From Eubacteriales bacterium (GTDB lineage Bacteria; Bacillota; Clostridia; Oscillospirales; CAG-272): a stretch of 52,240 bases of DNA. Shown here one piece after another: positions 37,081-47,642 of this stretch (position 1 is the stretch's first letter; every line of letters starts with the position of its first letter). The DNA lies in NCBI GenBank assembly GCA_045605175.1, contig JAZUPL010000059.1, positions 1-52,240 on the forward strand, in the 5' to 3' direction. A model generated the notes under the pieces. That model saw nothing but the letters and a program-made list of their open reading frames with translations. It was not told where the DNA came from and searched no databases. Made by a program: the position numbers and the translations under genes.

Positions 37081-39489
37081 ATGCGATACGATGAAAATAG
37101 GAAACTGATGCTTGTATCCCTCAGGGAATTTGTCACCCTTGCAAGACGCGGAATTGCCACCACCCTCCCCTACGACGATGAAGAACCTACCATTACCGAC
37201 ATCTCAAAAGCAGAAGGTAAAAGGCTTTCCTTGCCGGAGAGCAAAAAGCTGTTGAGGCTCTCCTTTTCTCTTGGTGATATTGACTACGAACTTTACGCCG
37301 AGGCTGAAAATATAAAGTCCAACGAAATTACCGTTGTTCGCTCGCTTGACGGAAAACCAAAAAAGAACGATATTGCAGAGTGCAGGGGCGAGGCGTTTGT
37401 CCTCGGATATGCACTTATAAAAAAAGGAAATTTTGACAAAGTACATCTTCGTTTTATCTATATCAATAGAATTAGCGGCGAGCAGGAAGAGAGCGAGGAA
37501 TGGGTAGAGAGAGAAAGACTCGATTCCTTTTTCCAAAAATGCTCGGTGTCTGTGGGAATATACGGCAAACCGGAGTTGGAAAGGGCGCTTGAAAGACTCC
37601 CCTCTATGAAGTCCTGTGCCTTTCCTTACAAAGAGATGCGAGAGGGGCAGGATAACTTTATCCGCGCGACCTATCGCAATATCGCAAGGGGAACAAGACT
37701 CTTTGCCACCGCCCCCACGGGTACAGGAAAGACGGTGTCGGTACTCTTCCCCGCCCTGCGTGCCTTAGGGGATAGACGAGTTGACAAGGTCTTTTACCTC
37801 ACGCCAAAGACCACCACTATGGGTGTGGCTAAAGACTGTATAAACGATTTTTCTAAAAACGGCGTAAAGGTGCGTGCTGTTGCCCTTACAAGCAAGGAAC
37901 GCTCCTGCAAAAACCGACTCGTATGTCGAGATGACCGACGTCTGTGCGAAAATTCAAAGAGCAGAAAACTCGCCGACGCGGTACTTGAACTGTTTTCGCT
38001 TAACAAGGCGGTAATAACACTTGATGAAATTGGCAAGGTAGCACCGAAATATTCGGTATGTCCGCACGAATTGGGGCTGGCCTACTCTGAACTGTGCGAT
38101 GTGGTAATTTGCGACTTCAACTACCTGTTTGATCCTGCGGTGTATATCCGCCGTTACTTTAATGAAGGAGGCAGATTTGCCTTTCTCGTGGACGAGGCGC
38201 ACAACCTTGTTGAGCGTGCAAGAGATGGATACTCCTGCGAAATTACCACAGAAGAACTAAATATGCTCGCTGACAGTGGGATATATGGAGAATTTAACCC
38301 CTTTAAGTCAGCGCTCAAAAAAGCAAGCGAAGAACTTTATATTCTCTTCTATCCCTATCTTGAAGACGGAATTCATAAGGATAAGGAGGACAACAAGCTA
38401 GCCGCTACGCACCTAAGCGAAGTACCCCCAAGATTCTACGAAATTATTGACGAACTAAGCGAGGCCGCCGAGGAAGAATTTTATAGTGCTGAGTCGGACA
38501 AAAACGAGAGTGCTTTGCCAAGAAAGAGGGCGATAAAAGAACTGCGCCTCAAACTTGCTCGCGTAAATAATTCTTTACAATTGTTTGATGATAAATTCCG
38601 AATACTCTTATTCCTTGAGGGCGAAAAAATCACGATAAAACTATTTTGCCTTGACACGGGTGGGGTGATCTCGCAAAAACTTGACAAGGGCTCGTCTGCC
38701 ATACTGTTTTCTGCGACCCTATCCCCACTATCCTATTACCGCGACCTGCTCGGCGGCGACAGAACAAGCGAAATCTTAGAGGTTTGCTCCCCCTTTGCAA
38801 AGGAACAGGTGTCTGTTTCCATAATGGATAGCATTAGCCTTCGCTATTCTGAGAGGGAGCGCACTCTCCCGGCAGTATGTGCTGCAGTGGCAGCAACGAT
38901 GATACCGAGAAAGGGCAACTATATGGTATTCTCCCCCTCTTTTGAATACTCAAATGCTCTCTCGGAGATGTTCAGAAAAAAATATCCTAAACTTACCGTA
39001 CTAACTCAGCAAAAAGATATGACTCCTGCAGAGAAAAAGGCTATGCTCGACGAGTTTGAAAAAGACAGAGAGGGCTACTTGGTCGGATTCTGCGTTATGG
39101 GTGGTATTTATTCCGAAGGTATAGACTTAGTCGGCAAAAGCCTTATCGGTGCTGTGATTATTGGAATTGGTATGCCTGTGCTCTCCTATGAAAGAGAGGC
39201 TATGCGTGACTATTTCGAGTCTAAATATGACGCGGGCACACAGTACGCCTATATTTACCCGGGAATGAACAGGGTTTTCCAGGCGGCGGGCAGAGTTATT
39301 CGCAGCGAGGATGACAGGGGCGTTGTAGTTTTAATAGACGATAGATTTGACGACCCAATATATAAAAAAAGCATCCCCTCTCTGTTAAAGGGAATGCAAT
39401 ACGTGGAAGAGCACAAGGTCTTAAAGGCTCGAATAGAAGAATTCTGGCGAGAGATTGACGAGGAAAACGCCCGTTCTTCCCAAAACTAA
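37081..39489 (+). CDS. DinG/Rad3(XPD)-family Fe-S DNA helicase
   Basis: APTGTGKT, Fe-S cluster cysteines, CPHE, DFNYLFDP, VDEAHNL, FSATL, SEGIDL and QAAGRVIRSEDDRG. Confidence 0.92.
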   Translation: MRYDENRKLMLVSLREFVTLARRGIATTLPYDDEEPTITDISKAEGKRLSLPESKKLLRLSFSLGDIDYELYAEAENIKSNEITVVRSLDGKPKKNDIAECRGEAFVLGYALIKKGNFDKVHLRFIYINRISGEQEESEEWVERERLDSFFQKCSVSVGIYGKPELERALERLPSMKSCAFPYKEMREGQDNFIRATYRNIARGTRLFATAPTGTGKTVSVLFPALRALGDRRVDKVFYLTPKTTTMGVAKDCINDFSKNGVKVRAVALTSKERSCKNRLVCRDDRRLCENSKSRKLADAVLELFSLNKAVITLDEIGKVAPKYSVCPHELGLAYSELCDVVICDFNYLFDPAVYIRRYFNEGGRFAFLVDEAHNLVERARDGYSCEITTEELNMLADSGIYGEFNPFKSALKKASEELYILFYPYLEDGIHKDKEDNKLAATHLSEVPPRFYEIIDELSEAAEEEFYSAESDKNESALPRKRAIKELRLKLARVNNSLQLFDDKFRILLFLEGEKITIKLFCLDTGGVISQKLDKGSSAILFSATLSPLSYYRDLLGGDRTSEILEVCSPFAKEQVSVSIMDSISLRYSERERTLPAVCAAVAATMIPRKGNYMVFSPSFEYSNALSEMFRKKYPKLTVLTQQKDMTPAEKKAMLDEFEKDREGYLVGFCVMGGIYSEGIDLVGKSLIGAVIIGIGMPVLSYEREAMRDYFESKYDAGTQYAYIYPGMNRVFQAAGRVIRSEDDRGVVVLIDDRFDDPIYKKSIPSLLKGMQYVEEHKVLKARIEEFWREIDEENARSSQN

Positions 39490-39504
39490 ATCCTGCAAAA
39501 CAAA

Positions 39505-39582
39505 TAAAAAGAGAGATACACTACCGCTTTTGGCAAGCCCTTTTAGAGGGGTTTGCATCGTGGGAAGTATCTCTCATTTTAT
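39505..39582. terminator. Long hairpin between convergent helicase and mtnN genes
   Basis: GAGAGATAC/GTATCTCTC outer stem and GCAAGCCC/GGGTTTGC inner stem, with A- and T-rich flanks. Confidence 0.6.
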
Positions 39583-39585
39583 TCT

Positions 39586-40287
39586 TTAGTATCTTTCAAT
39601 CAAGCCAAGTGTGAGCGCCGTTGAAGTTGCGGCGGCAATAGGCAAGAATGCATGATAGTCCATGCTTGCAACACCGTCCGCAGAGTCGGATATTGCGCGA
39701 ATAACTACACACGGGGTGGCATTAACATAGGCCACGTGAGCAATTGCTCCCCCCTCCATCTCGCAGGCTACCGCACCGAAATCATCGACTATTCTCCGTT
39801 TATCCTCACCCTCTGCAATAAACCTGTCACCCGTGGCAACCGTGCCTACGAGATAGTGAAGCCCCCTCTCTTTTGCAAGAGTTTCAAGTATTTCTATCGC
39901 ATAGGCATCACACTCAAAGTAGATTCGATTTATTCCGGATATAAGCCCCTTTGGATCACCCAAAGGTGAGGTATCCATATCGTGCTGAACAAGACGGCTT
40001 GCAAAAACTATATCGGTTGGCACAAGCGAACCTTCAAGAGCGCCACCGACACCACTGTTTATAATAAGCGAGGGAGAATAATTTAATATCATAGCCTCGG
40101 CGCAAAGGGCGGCAAAAACCTTTCCCACACCACATCTCGCTACCACCACCGAGCGAGTACCGATATTTCCATAATTAAACTCTATTCCGCTTGTTATCTC
40201 GCACACTCTGTTTTTGAGCAACTCTATAATATGTGCGACCTCGTCATTCAGCGCACCTATTATTCCAATATCTGCTTTCTTTAACAT
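39586..40287 (-). CDS. mtnN: 5'-methylthioadenosine/S-adenosylhomocysteine nucleosidase
   Basis: IGIIGA, CGVGKVFAA, TGDRFI, EMEGGAIAHV and RAISDSAD. Confidence 0.95.
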   Translation of the reverse strand: MLKKADIGIIGALNDEVAHIIELLKNRVCEITSGIEFNYGNIGTRSVVVARCGVGKVFAALCAEAMILNYSPSLIINSGVGGALEGSLVPTDIVFASRLVQHDMDTSPLGDPKGLISGINRIYFECDAYAIEILETLAKERGLHYLVGTVATGDRFIAEGEDKRRIVDDFGAVACEMEGGAIAHVAYVNATPCVVIRAISDSADGVASMDYHAFLPIAAATSTALTLGLIERY

Positions 40288-40302
40288 ATCAACCTCTTAT
40301 AA

Positions 40303-40767
40303 TTAAACAGGATAGGTAAAATCCCACTCCCGAGAATCGAGAAGGGACAAATATCTCTTACACTCTGTTATCGCCACGCCCTTATCAAGTTCGCTGTAAT
40401 TGCCACACTCGACCGAAGATGCCCCAGGCATAGGCCCATTATAGTCTATTATTGCTCTTAAAACATTCTTAACAGTATGAAGAGTTTCGCCATTGTCGGC
40501 ATTCCTCACAAGAAGATAAAATCCGGTCCTGCACCCCATAGGGCCAAAATAAATCACACGCTCCCCTAAATCGGACGAGCGAACAAAGGTGGCAAACAGA
40601 TGCTCCACCGAGTGCATAGTGATATTATCCATATAGTCGCCCGCATTTGGCACGCGAGTGCGCAAATCATAGGTGGTTACATCGCCGTCAATGCGCGAAA
40701 CATATATCCCCTCGGTCATTTTATCATGGTTCACCGAGAAAGAGGCTATTCTCTTTATTCCTTCCAT
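40303..40767 (-). CDS. luxS: S-ribosylhomocysteine lyase
   Basis: IASFSVNH, HSVEHL, GPMGCRTGFY and CGNY. Confidence 0.95.
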   Translation of the reverse strand: MEGIKRIASFSVNHDKMTEGIYVSRIDGDVTTYDLRTRVPNAGDYMDNITMHSVEHLFATFVRSSDLGERVIYFGPMGCRTGFYLLVRNADNGETLHTVKNVLRAIIDYNGPMPGASSVECGNYSELDKGVAITECKRYLSLLDSREWDFTYPV

Positions 40768-40779
40768 TTTTACTCCTTT

Positions 40780-40815
40780 ACAAAGATTCTCCGAGAGTCC
40801 TCGGAGAATCTTTGT
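40780..40815. terminator. Perfect 16-bp hairpin between glyQS and luxS
   Basis: ACAAAGATTCTCCGAG-AGTC-CTCGGAGAATCTTTGT. Confidence 0.6.
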
Positions 40816-40846
40816 CTATTTGCCTAAGTTCAGGTTTACGGTAAAA

Positions 40847-42238
40847 TTAGAACTTAATTCTCTCTTTAATGTAGTTCTTAACCTCACCAATAGGAATACG
40901 CACCTGCTCCATACTATCTCTGTCACGAACGGTAACGCATCCGTCGGTTTCGGTATCGAAATCGTAGGTGATACAGAAGGGAGTGCCTATCTCATCCTCA
41001 CGGCGGTATCTCTTGCCTATCGAGCCTGTTTCGTCAAAGTCGGTGGGGAATTCCTTGGAAAGCTCGTCAAAGAGTTCGAGAGCCTTTTCGGAAAGCTTTT
41101 TGGAAAGGGGAAGCACCGCCGCCTTTACAGGTGCAAGGGCCGGATGCAGGTGAAGAACTACTCTTACATCGCCCTCGCCAATCTGCTCCTCGTCGTATGC
41201 ATCAACAAGGAAAGCAAGAGCCACACGGTCTGCGCCGAGAGAGGGCTCGATAACATAAGGAACATAATGCTCGCCCGTTTCTTGATCGAAGTAGGTGAGA
41301 TCCTTGCCCGAATGGTTCTGGTGCTGAGTAAGGTCGTAGTCGGTTCTGTCGGCAACGCCCCAAAGTTCGCCCCAACCGAAGGGGAAGAGGAACTCGAAGT
41401 CGGTAGTCGCCTTGGAATAGAAGCAAAGTTCATCGGGATCGTGATCGCGAAGACGCAGGTTTTCGTCACGCATACCAAGGTCAAGAAGCCACTTGTGGCA
41501 GAAGTTCTTCCAATATGCGAACCACTCAAGGTCAGTACCGGGCTTGCAGAAGAACTCAAGTTCCATCTGCTCGAATTCACGGGTACGGAACACGAAGTTG
41601 CCGGGGGGAATCTCGTTACGGAAGGACTTACCTATCTGACAAACGCCAAAGGGAAGTTTCTTTCTCATAGATCTTTGCACAGCGGGGAAATTGACGAAAA
41701 TACCCTGTGCGGTTTCGGGACGAAGATAAACGGTATTGGTAGAGTCCTCGGTAACACCGATAAAGGTCTTGAACATCAGGTTAAACTTCTTAATATCGGT
41801 AAAGTCCTTGCCACCACAGATAGGGCATACAATTCCCTTCTCGGCAATATACTCTGCCATTTCCTTGAATGTCCAAGCGGCAGGATTATCCGAAAGCCCA
41901 TTTTCAAAGGCGTAGTCCTCAATAAGTTTATCTGCTCTGTGACGAGCCTTACATCCCTTGCAATCCATAAGAGGGTCGGAGAAGCCGCCAACGTGACCGG
42001 ATGCAACCCAAGCCTCGGGGTTCATAATAATAGCAGAATCAAGTCCGACATTGTATCTGGACTCCTGAACAAATCTCTGCCACCAAGCACGCTTGACATT
42101 GTTCTTGAACTCGACACCGAGAGGGCCGTAATCCCAAGAGTTTGCAAGTCCTCCGTAGATCTCGGAACCGGGGAAGATAAATCCACGAGTCTTGCAGAGT
42201 GCTACGATCTTTTCCATTGTTTTTTTGCTGTTTTCCAT
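40847..42238 (-). CDS. glyQS: Glycine--tRNA ligase (alpha2 type)
   Basis: [42 protein letters not shown] and [14 protein letters not shown]. Confidence 0.97.
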   Translation of the reverse strand: MENSKKTMEKIVALCKTRGFIFPGSEIYGGLANSWDYGPLGVEFKNNVKRAWWQRFVQESRYNVGLDSAIIMNPEAWVASGHVGGFSDPLMDCKGCKARHRADKLIEDYAFENGLSDNPAAWTFKEMAEYIAEKGIVCPICGGKDFTDIKKFNLMFKTFIGVTEDSTNTVYLRPETAQGIFVNFPAVQRSMRKKLPFGVCQIGKSFRNEIPPGNFVFRTREFEQMELEFFCKPGTDLEWFAYWKNFCHKWLLDLGMRDENLRLRDHDPDELCFYSKATTDFEFLFPFGWGELWGVADRTDYDLTQHQNHSGKDLTYFDQETGEHYVPYVIEPSLGADRVALAFLVDAYDEEQIGEGDVRVVLHLHPALAPVKAAVLPLSKKLSEKALELFDELSKEFPTDFDETGSIGKRYRREDEIGTPFCITYDFDTETDGCVTVRDRDSMEQVRIPIGEVKNYIKERIKF

Positions 42239-42270
42239 AATATCTCCAAATGTAAATTATTGTTTGCTTA

Positions 42271-43575
42271 TTAGATTAACTTACCATAAACAATGCCGCT
42301 TTTATGTGACACGGGTAGGACGTTAACCATTTTTCCACCAAGCCCCTCTTCTCCTTCCACCAAGACCTCCACGAAGGAGTCCGAGTGGGCGGAATATCTG
42401 CCCGAAGAGTAGGTCTCAAGAATACAAGAAAGCGGCGTTGCCTTTTCAACTATATTTGATAAAACCGAGTCGCGAACCAAGGCTACCTCGTCAACGAGCC
42501 TCTTTGAACGTTCCCTTTTTATCTCTTCGGGTATCTGTCCCTCAAAGGAGGCCGCGGGTGTACCCACTCTCCTTGAATAGGCGAACACGTGAGCATCTAA
42601 AAAGCCAACACGTCTAACAAGTTCTACGGTTTGCAAGAAATTCTCCTCGGTTTCACCGGGGAAACCTACCATAAGGTCGGTGGTAAACTGTGCCGAGGGA
42701 AAACACTCTTTTAACCGAGCCATATTTTCCTCTGCCATAGCGACACTGTATCGCCGACGCATTTTATGCAATATCTCATCCGAGCCTGACTGCATGGATA
42801 TGTGAAAATGTGGGGCAAGTATTTCTACCCCCTTGATTTTTTCGGCAAAATCACGCCCGACAAGTTCAGGGGCGAGCGAGCCGAGTCTGACTCTCTTGCA
42901 ACTCCCTCTCTCATCAAGTTCACGTATCAAGTCGCCAAGGCCGTAACTGCCGAGGTCGCGCCCGTAGGAACCTGTTTCAATTCCTGTCAGGACTATCTCA
43001 AGCACGCCCGTCTTTGCAAGCGCCTCAACCTCGGAAATAACATCCTCCCTCGCCTTTGAACGGACAGGGCCTCTGGCATCGGCTATAGCACAGTAGGTGC
43101 ATTTTGACTCGCAACCGTCCTCAATTTTTACATAAGCGCGGGTACGGGGTGTACCCACAACGCACATCGGCTCAAAGCCCGCCCCCTCAAGCGAAGACAC
43201 GGATATAAGCGGCTCTTTGACTGTCCCCTCGAGGATCTCGCCCACTCTTTCGACCACGGAAAGTTTGTCCTGTGTGCCAAGAATAATTGACACGCCCCCC
43301 ATCTTTTCCACTTCTTCGGGGGTGCGCTGGGTATAACAACCAAGTACGGCGATAACCGCTCCCGGATTCTTCTTTTTTGCCCGACCTATCACTTGCCGAG
43401 ATTTTCTGTCGCTCTCACGGGTAACGGTACAGGTGTTTATAACATAGGCGTCGCAGACCTCTGTAAAGGGCAGCACGGTGTAGCCCGACTGCAAAAACCT
43501 CTCGGCAATAGCCTCTGTTTCGTACTGCGACACCTTGCACCCGAGGGTGTAAAGACCAACGGTATATTTACTCAT
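42271..43575 (-). CDS. mtaB: tRNA t6A37 methylthiotransferase MtaB
   Basis: TLGCKVSQYE, INTCTVT, KIEDGCESKCTYC and HVFAYSRR.GT.AA. Confidence 0.92.
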   Translation of the reverse strand: MSKYTVGLYTLGCKVSQYETEAIAERFLQSGYTVLPFTEVCDAYVINTCTVTRESDRKSRQVIGRAKKKNPGAVIAVLGCYTQRTPEEVEKMGGVSIILGTQDKLSVVERVGEILEGTVKEPLISVSSLEGAGFEPMCVVGTPRTRAYVKIEDGCESKCTYCAIADARGPVRSKAREDVISEVEALAKTGVLEIVLTGIETGSYGRDLGSYGLGDLIRELDERGSCKRVRLGSLAPELVGRDFAEKIKGVEILAPHFHISMQSGSDEILHKMRRRYSVAMAEENMARLKECFPSAQFTTDLMVGFPGETEENFLQTVELVRRVGFLDAHVFAYSRRVGTPAASFEGQIPEEIKRERSKRLVDEVALVRDSVLSNIVEKATPLSCILETYSSGRYSAHSDSFVEVLVEGEEGLGGKMVNVLPVSHKSGIVYGKLI

Positions 43576-44122
43576 ACACCGAGGGAGAGAGAACGCCTAC
43601 ATAAGGCAACGCCCTATATTTTTCGTCATAGTCAAGGCCGTAACCAATAACAAACTCGTCGGGTATCTCAATACCGCAATAGTCGGGAACAAAGTCCACT
43701 TTTCTGCGAGAGGGCTTGTCAAGAAGCGTGCAGGTACGAACACTTTTTGCGCCCTTGCCAGCGAGATATTTTGTAAGGTAGGAAAGAGTTACGCCACTGT
43801 CAATTATATCTTCGATAATAAGAATATCAATTTCGCCAAGGTCCTCGCGCAAAAGGTCAAGAAGAATGTTTACTGAGCCGGTTGTGTTAGTACCGGAGCC
43901 ATAGGAAGAAACCTTCATACAGTCTATCTCGACAGGGACCGTTATCTTTTTCATCAGGTCGCCCATAAAAACTATTGAGCCCTTGAGTATGCACAAAAGG
44001 AGCAAACGCTTGTCCCCACCGGCATAATCCCTGTCTATTTCCGCCGCTATTCTGGTAGTTATTGCATCAATTTCTTCTGCAGTTACCAAAATTTTTGCAA
44101 CATCCTTATTTTGATCCGACAT
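43568..44122 (-). CDS. hpt: Hypoxanthine phosphoribosyltransferase
   Basis: ILKGS, VSSYG, IIEDIIDSG, LLDKPSRR and FVIGYGLDY. Confidence 0.96.
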   Translation of the reverse strand: MSDQNKDVAKILVTAEEIDAITTRIAAEIDRDYAGGDKRLLLLCILKGSIVFMGDLMKKITVPVEIDCMKVSSYGSGTNTTGSVNILLDLLREDLGEIDILIIEDIIDSGVTLSYLTKYLAGKGAKSVRTCTLLDKPSRRKVDFVPDYCGIEIPDEFVIGYGLDYDEKYRALPYVGVLSPSVYE

Positions 44123-44185
44123 TTTGAGGTCCTCCCCGCTATTAATTATTAAAAAGCAAGACTTTGCATTATAATATACACCGAT

Positions 44186-44214
44186 ATTTTAGCAGAAAGC
44201 ACAACAAAAGTCAA
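44186..44214 (-). promoter_or_regulatory. sigmaA promoter of the hpt operon
   Basis: TTGACT-17 bp-TAAAAT with extended TG on the minus strand. Confidence 0.65.
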
Positions 44215-44263
44215 TAAGGATATTTACATTACTTATTTAGTATATAAAATATTTTAAAAATGC

Positions 44264-44292
44264 TTGACATTTGCGTTTGTTTCGGTTATAAT
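44264..44292 (+). promoter_or_regulatory. sigmaA promoter of the rpmH operon
   Basis: TTGACA-17 bp-TATAAT. Confidence 0.8.
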
Positions 44293-44356
44293 ATACCTTG
44301 CGTTAATATGAATACGCATAAAACGATGTTAATTAACGACAAAGGAGGTGCATATC

Positions 44357-44491
44357 ATGAAGAGAACTTACCAGCCTAAGAAAAGACAGAGAAAAAAGGA
44401 ACACGGTTTCAGAAAGAGAATGGCAACCGCTAACGGAAGAAAGGTTCTTAAGAGAAGACGCGCCAAGGGAAGAGCAAAACTCACCTACTAA
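44357..44491 (+). CDS. rpmH: 50S ribosomal protein L34 (absent from the ORF track)
   Basis: Manual translation [44 protein letters not shown]; AAGGAGGTG SD. Confidence 0.97.
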   Translation: MKRTYQPKKRQRKKEHGFRKRMATANGRKVLKRRRAKGRAKLTY

Positions 44492-44527
44492 TTCGGTCAC
44501 ACAATGTGACAGCCACACGTGGCATAC

Positions 44528-44571
44528 AAAACCTCCGATAAATCGCCCGGCGCGTCATTTATCGGGGTTTT
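44528..44571 (+). terminator. Terminator-like hairpin after rpmH
   Basis: CCGATAAAT/ATTTATCGG stem followed by GGTTTTT. Confidence 0.55.
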
Positions 44572-44589
44572 TGTTTAGATGGAGTGTTT

Positions 44590-44964
44590 ATGAAATTTAA
44601 GGCAATTTGCGAAAACCATTTATTTTCAAAAGCGTATTCAAAGGGCAAAAGGGCTTTGACATCGGCTCTTGCGGTTTATATCCTGCCCGACTATGCGGCA
44701 AAACGGCTTGCTAAGGCACACCCACAAAAACTCACTGTCAACCGTATAGGTCTGACTACTTCAAAGACCTTGGGTGGCGCAGTCGTAAGAAGCCGCACAA
44801 GACGAATCCTGCGCGAGGGCTTTAGAACCATGATTAAGGAACGCCCCATAAAGCAAGGATTTCTCGTTGTTATAGCCGCGAGGAAGTCGGCAACAACAAT
44901 GAAAAGCACAGAAATTCGGCTTCATTTAGAAGAAGCATTTACAAAACTCGGTATGTTTGTATGA
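44590..44964 (+). CDS. rnpA: Ribonuclease P protein component
   Basis: [25 protein letters not shown]; follows rpmH; start 44584 (GTG) or 44590 (ATG). Confidence 0.93.
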   Translation: MKFKAICENHLFSKAYSKGKRALTSALAVYILPDYAAKRLAKAHPQKLTVNRIGLTTSKTLGGAVVRSRTRRILREGFRTMIKERPIKQGFLVVIAARKSATTMKSTEIRLHLEEAFTKLGMFV

Positions 44965-45203
44965 AACACGTAATGATTTGGCTTATAGGCCTATACAGAA
45001 AGTACATTTCGCCGCTTAAACCGCCCTGTTGCAGGTTTACACCGACCTGCTCTGCCTATGCCATAGAGGCATATACCAAACGAGGCTTTTTTATCGGGAC
45101 GATACTGACGGTATGGAGGATTTTAAGGTGCAACCCCTTTTCCAAGGGTGGCTATGACCCCGTACCCGAAAAAGGATTATCTAACCCGAAAACACAGGAA
45201 TAG
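44961..45203 (+). CDS. yidD: Membrane protein insertion efficiency factor YidD
   Basis: [19 protein letters not shown] and [15 protein letters not shown]. Confidence 0.95.
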   Translation: MKHVMIWLIGLYRKYISPLKPPCCRFTPTCSAYAIEAYTKRGFFIGTILTVWRILRCNPFSKGGYDPVPEKGLSNPKTQE

Positions 45204-45263
45204 CGACAATACCGACACGGTGGAGCAGCAGGACTGCTCAATAAAAAGAAAAGGAAAAAGAAA

Positions 45264-46550
45264 ATGTTTGATTGGTTATATGCAGCCCTCGGTTGGCTGT
45301 TATCCTTCTTTAATAGCATCACGGGAAGCTACGCACTCGCTTTGCTTCTCTATGCTCTCGTTTTCAAAATAGTTTTACTTCCCTTCGGAATTAAACAGCA
45401 AAGAAACCAGGTTAAAATGGCCGCTCTTACGCCCAAGATTGAAGTAATCAAGGCGAAGTACAAGGGCAGAACAGACCAAGTAACACAGCAGAAAATGCAG
45501 CAGGAGATTATGGACCTGCAACAAAAAGAGGGGGCAAGCCCCCTGTCCGGCTGCTTGCCTATGATTTTGCAGTTGGTTATAGTTATGTTGCTCTATACGG
45601 TTATCCAGAATCCCCTCTCTTATATGTCTAACACCAACTCCGTAATAGACGAATACAACCAAATGATAACCACAGAGGGCGTCACCGAAGAAGCGCTTCG
45701 CGAGAAGTTTGGCGACACCTTTGTAGATAAGTATGAGGATGTTATCTTCACCGTTAAGGATGGCGAGAAGAACCTCAGCAAAAATAAAATTGACAAAAAT
45801 ACGGTAATTCTTCACCTTTACCGTGAGTTTTCTCCCGACGACGGTGCATCCGAGGCAACTGCTTTGCCTAATACCTCCCGTTGGCAGTTCAACCTGCTTA
45901 GCGCGATAACCCGTGAGCTTTACCCGAATGGCCGCGGAAAGAGCCCCCTTAACGAGGAGGCTGCCGACCTTATTCACACACTTGGTATGGATGCCGAGGA
46001 AATCCCCGACTTTGAGTTCTTTGGCATGAACCTTGCAGACACCCCAAACATCACCAAGGTATTCTCCAACCTTGAGGCTACACTGCTTTGCACTATTCCC
46101 CTTTTGGCAGCGGTATTCTCCTGGCTTTCCATGTACCTGAGCCGCAAACTTAACAAGACCGGCGTCCAGGGACAGGACGAGCAAACACAGAAGTCCATGG
46201 CTATTATGGACCTGGTTATGCCTGCGATGACTCTGTTTATCGCTTTTGGTATGCCCGGTATGCTTGGCGTTTACTGGATTTATCAATCGGTATTCGGATT
46301 TGCACAGTCCTTCATTCTCGCCAGAGCCATTCCCCTGCCCACCTATACCGAAGAGGAACTGCGTGAGATGAGAAAGGCGCAGAGAGAGGCAGAAAAGGCG
46401 GCAAGAGAGGCGGCAAAGAGCCAGCCCAGACATCGCTCGCTCCACTATATTGACGAGGACGATTACGATGAACTCCCCGAAGCCCCCACAAGAGATGGCG
46501 ACGGCCGTCCCAGACCCACAGGCGGGGATATTCCCGAAATTAAGGACTAA
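45264..46550 (+). CDS. yidC: YidC/Oxa1 membrane protein insertase
   Basis: LLPFGIKQQR, GCLPMILQL and GVYWIYQS; synteny. Confidence 0.93.
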   Translation: MFDWLYAALGWLLSFFNSITGSYALALLLYALVFKIVLLPFGIKQQRNQVKMAALTPKIEVIKAKYKGRTDQVTQQKMQQEIMDLQQKEGASPLSGCLPMILQLVIVMLLYTVIQNPLSYMSNTNSVIDEYNQMITTEGVTEEALREKFGDTFVDKYEDVIFTVKDGEKNLSKNKIDKNTVILHLYREFSPDDGASEATALPNTSRWQFNLLSAITRELYPNGRGKSPLNEEAADLIHTLGMDAEEIPDFEFFGMNLADTPNITKVFSNLEATLLCTIPLLAAVFSWLSMYLSRKLNKTGVQGQDEQTQKSMAIMDLVMPAMTLFIAFGMPGMLGVYWIYQSVFGFAQSFILARAIPLPTYTEEELREMRKAQREAEKAAREAAKSQPRHRSLHYIDEDDYDELPEAPTRDGDGRPRPTGGDIPEIKD

Positions 46551-46580
46551 TTTCTACACATTTGAAAGGTACAATTTTAT

Positions 46581-47642
46581 ATGATAAAGGAAGTAATCGC
46601 AACAGGTAAGGATGTTGCAGAAGCAAAAGAAAACGCCATCGCTGCCCTTGCTGCAGGCGAAATGGACGAAGTGCAATTCGAGATACTTCATATAGGTTCT
46701 CGTGGCATTTTTGGAATTATAGGTGTCAAACCCGCCCAGGTAAGAGCATTTATCGAAGTTCCCGACCGTCAGGAGCGCCCACGCAGAGAAAGACCCGCCA
46801 AGAGGGATAGAGATAACTCCCACACCGAGCCTGCCAAAGAGGCAAGCACCGAGAGTTCCGAGGGTACTACCGATGCTCCCAAGACCGAGGGTGAGGGACA
46901 AAAGAAGCATCGCAGACGCAGAAGAAACAAGAAGAACCGCAGCCAGGGTGAAACTGCTCCCGCAGTGAGAGAATCCACCCCCAAGGGCAAGGTTATTCCG
47001 GAGGCAGAACTCCACCTTGAGCCTCGTGTTGTTGAGGCTGGCGAGGATATGTCCTTCGACTTCATTAAAACCCTGATTAGCGACATTGGACTCGATGCAA
47101 GTGCAGAACTCTACACCTGCGACGACGGTACAAGAAGAATAATAGTATCCGGCCCCGACGCAGCCACCCTTATCGGTCACCACGGCGACACCCTTGATGC
47201 TCTTCAGTATCTTGCAAACCTCGCTTCCACAAGGAAGAATATCCACGGCGAGAGGGACAAGAGCCGCGTGACTATCGATATCGAGGGTTATAGAGCAAAG
47301 AGGGAAGACACTCTTCGCGCCCTTGCAAGAAGAATGGCGCAAAAAGCTCTTCGCAACAAGCGCAGTGTTATGCTTGAGCCGATGAGCGCTTATGAAAGAA
47401 GAATTATTCACTCCGAGATTCAGGGTATAGAGGGTGTTTCCACCAACTCTATCGGCTCGGACAACAATCGTAAAATAGTCATCTACCTGACCGACAAAAA
47501 GCCCCAAGGAATTTTCGAGGAAAATGACGAGGTAGAGACAGAGGATATTCCTGTCGTTGACACCGCGGAGGCGGTCGGAGAAACCGACCTTGAGGTGGAA
47601 ACCGAGGTAGAGGCTACCGAAGAGGTAGGCGAAAACCTCTGA
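46581..47642 (+). CDS. jag: Jag/EloR (KhpB) RNA-binding protein
   Basis: Jag-N domain, KH LIGHHGDTLDALQYL and R3H LEPMSAYERRIIH. Confidence 0.93.
   Translation: MIKEVIATGKDVAEAKENAIAALAAGEMDEVQFEILHIGSRGIFGIIGVKPAQVRAFIEVPDRQERPRRERPAKRDRDNSHTEPAKEASTESSEGTTDAPKTEGEGQKKHRRRRRNKKNRSQGETAPAVRESTPKGKVIPEAELHLEPRVVEAGEDMSFDFIKTLISDIGLDASAELYTCDDGTRRIIVSGPDAATLIGHHGDTLDALQYLANLASTRKNIHGERDKSRVTIDIEGYRAKREDTLRALARRMAQKALRNKRSVMLEPMSAYERRIIHSEIQGIEGVSTNSIGSDNNRKIVIYLTDKKPQGIFEENDEVETEDIPVVDTAEAVGETDLEVETEVEATEEVGENL

Noticed and set aside
40673-42274. 533-aa plus-strand ORF
   Set aside because: Antisense shadow of glyQS; no recognisable motifs; explained by codon bias of a highly expressed gene.
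45375-47507. 356-aa and 317-aa minus-strand ORFs
   Set aside because: Antisense to yidC and jag; no SD or motif support.
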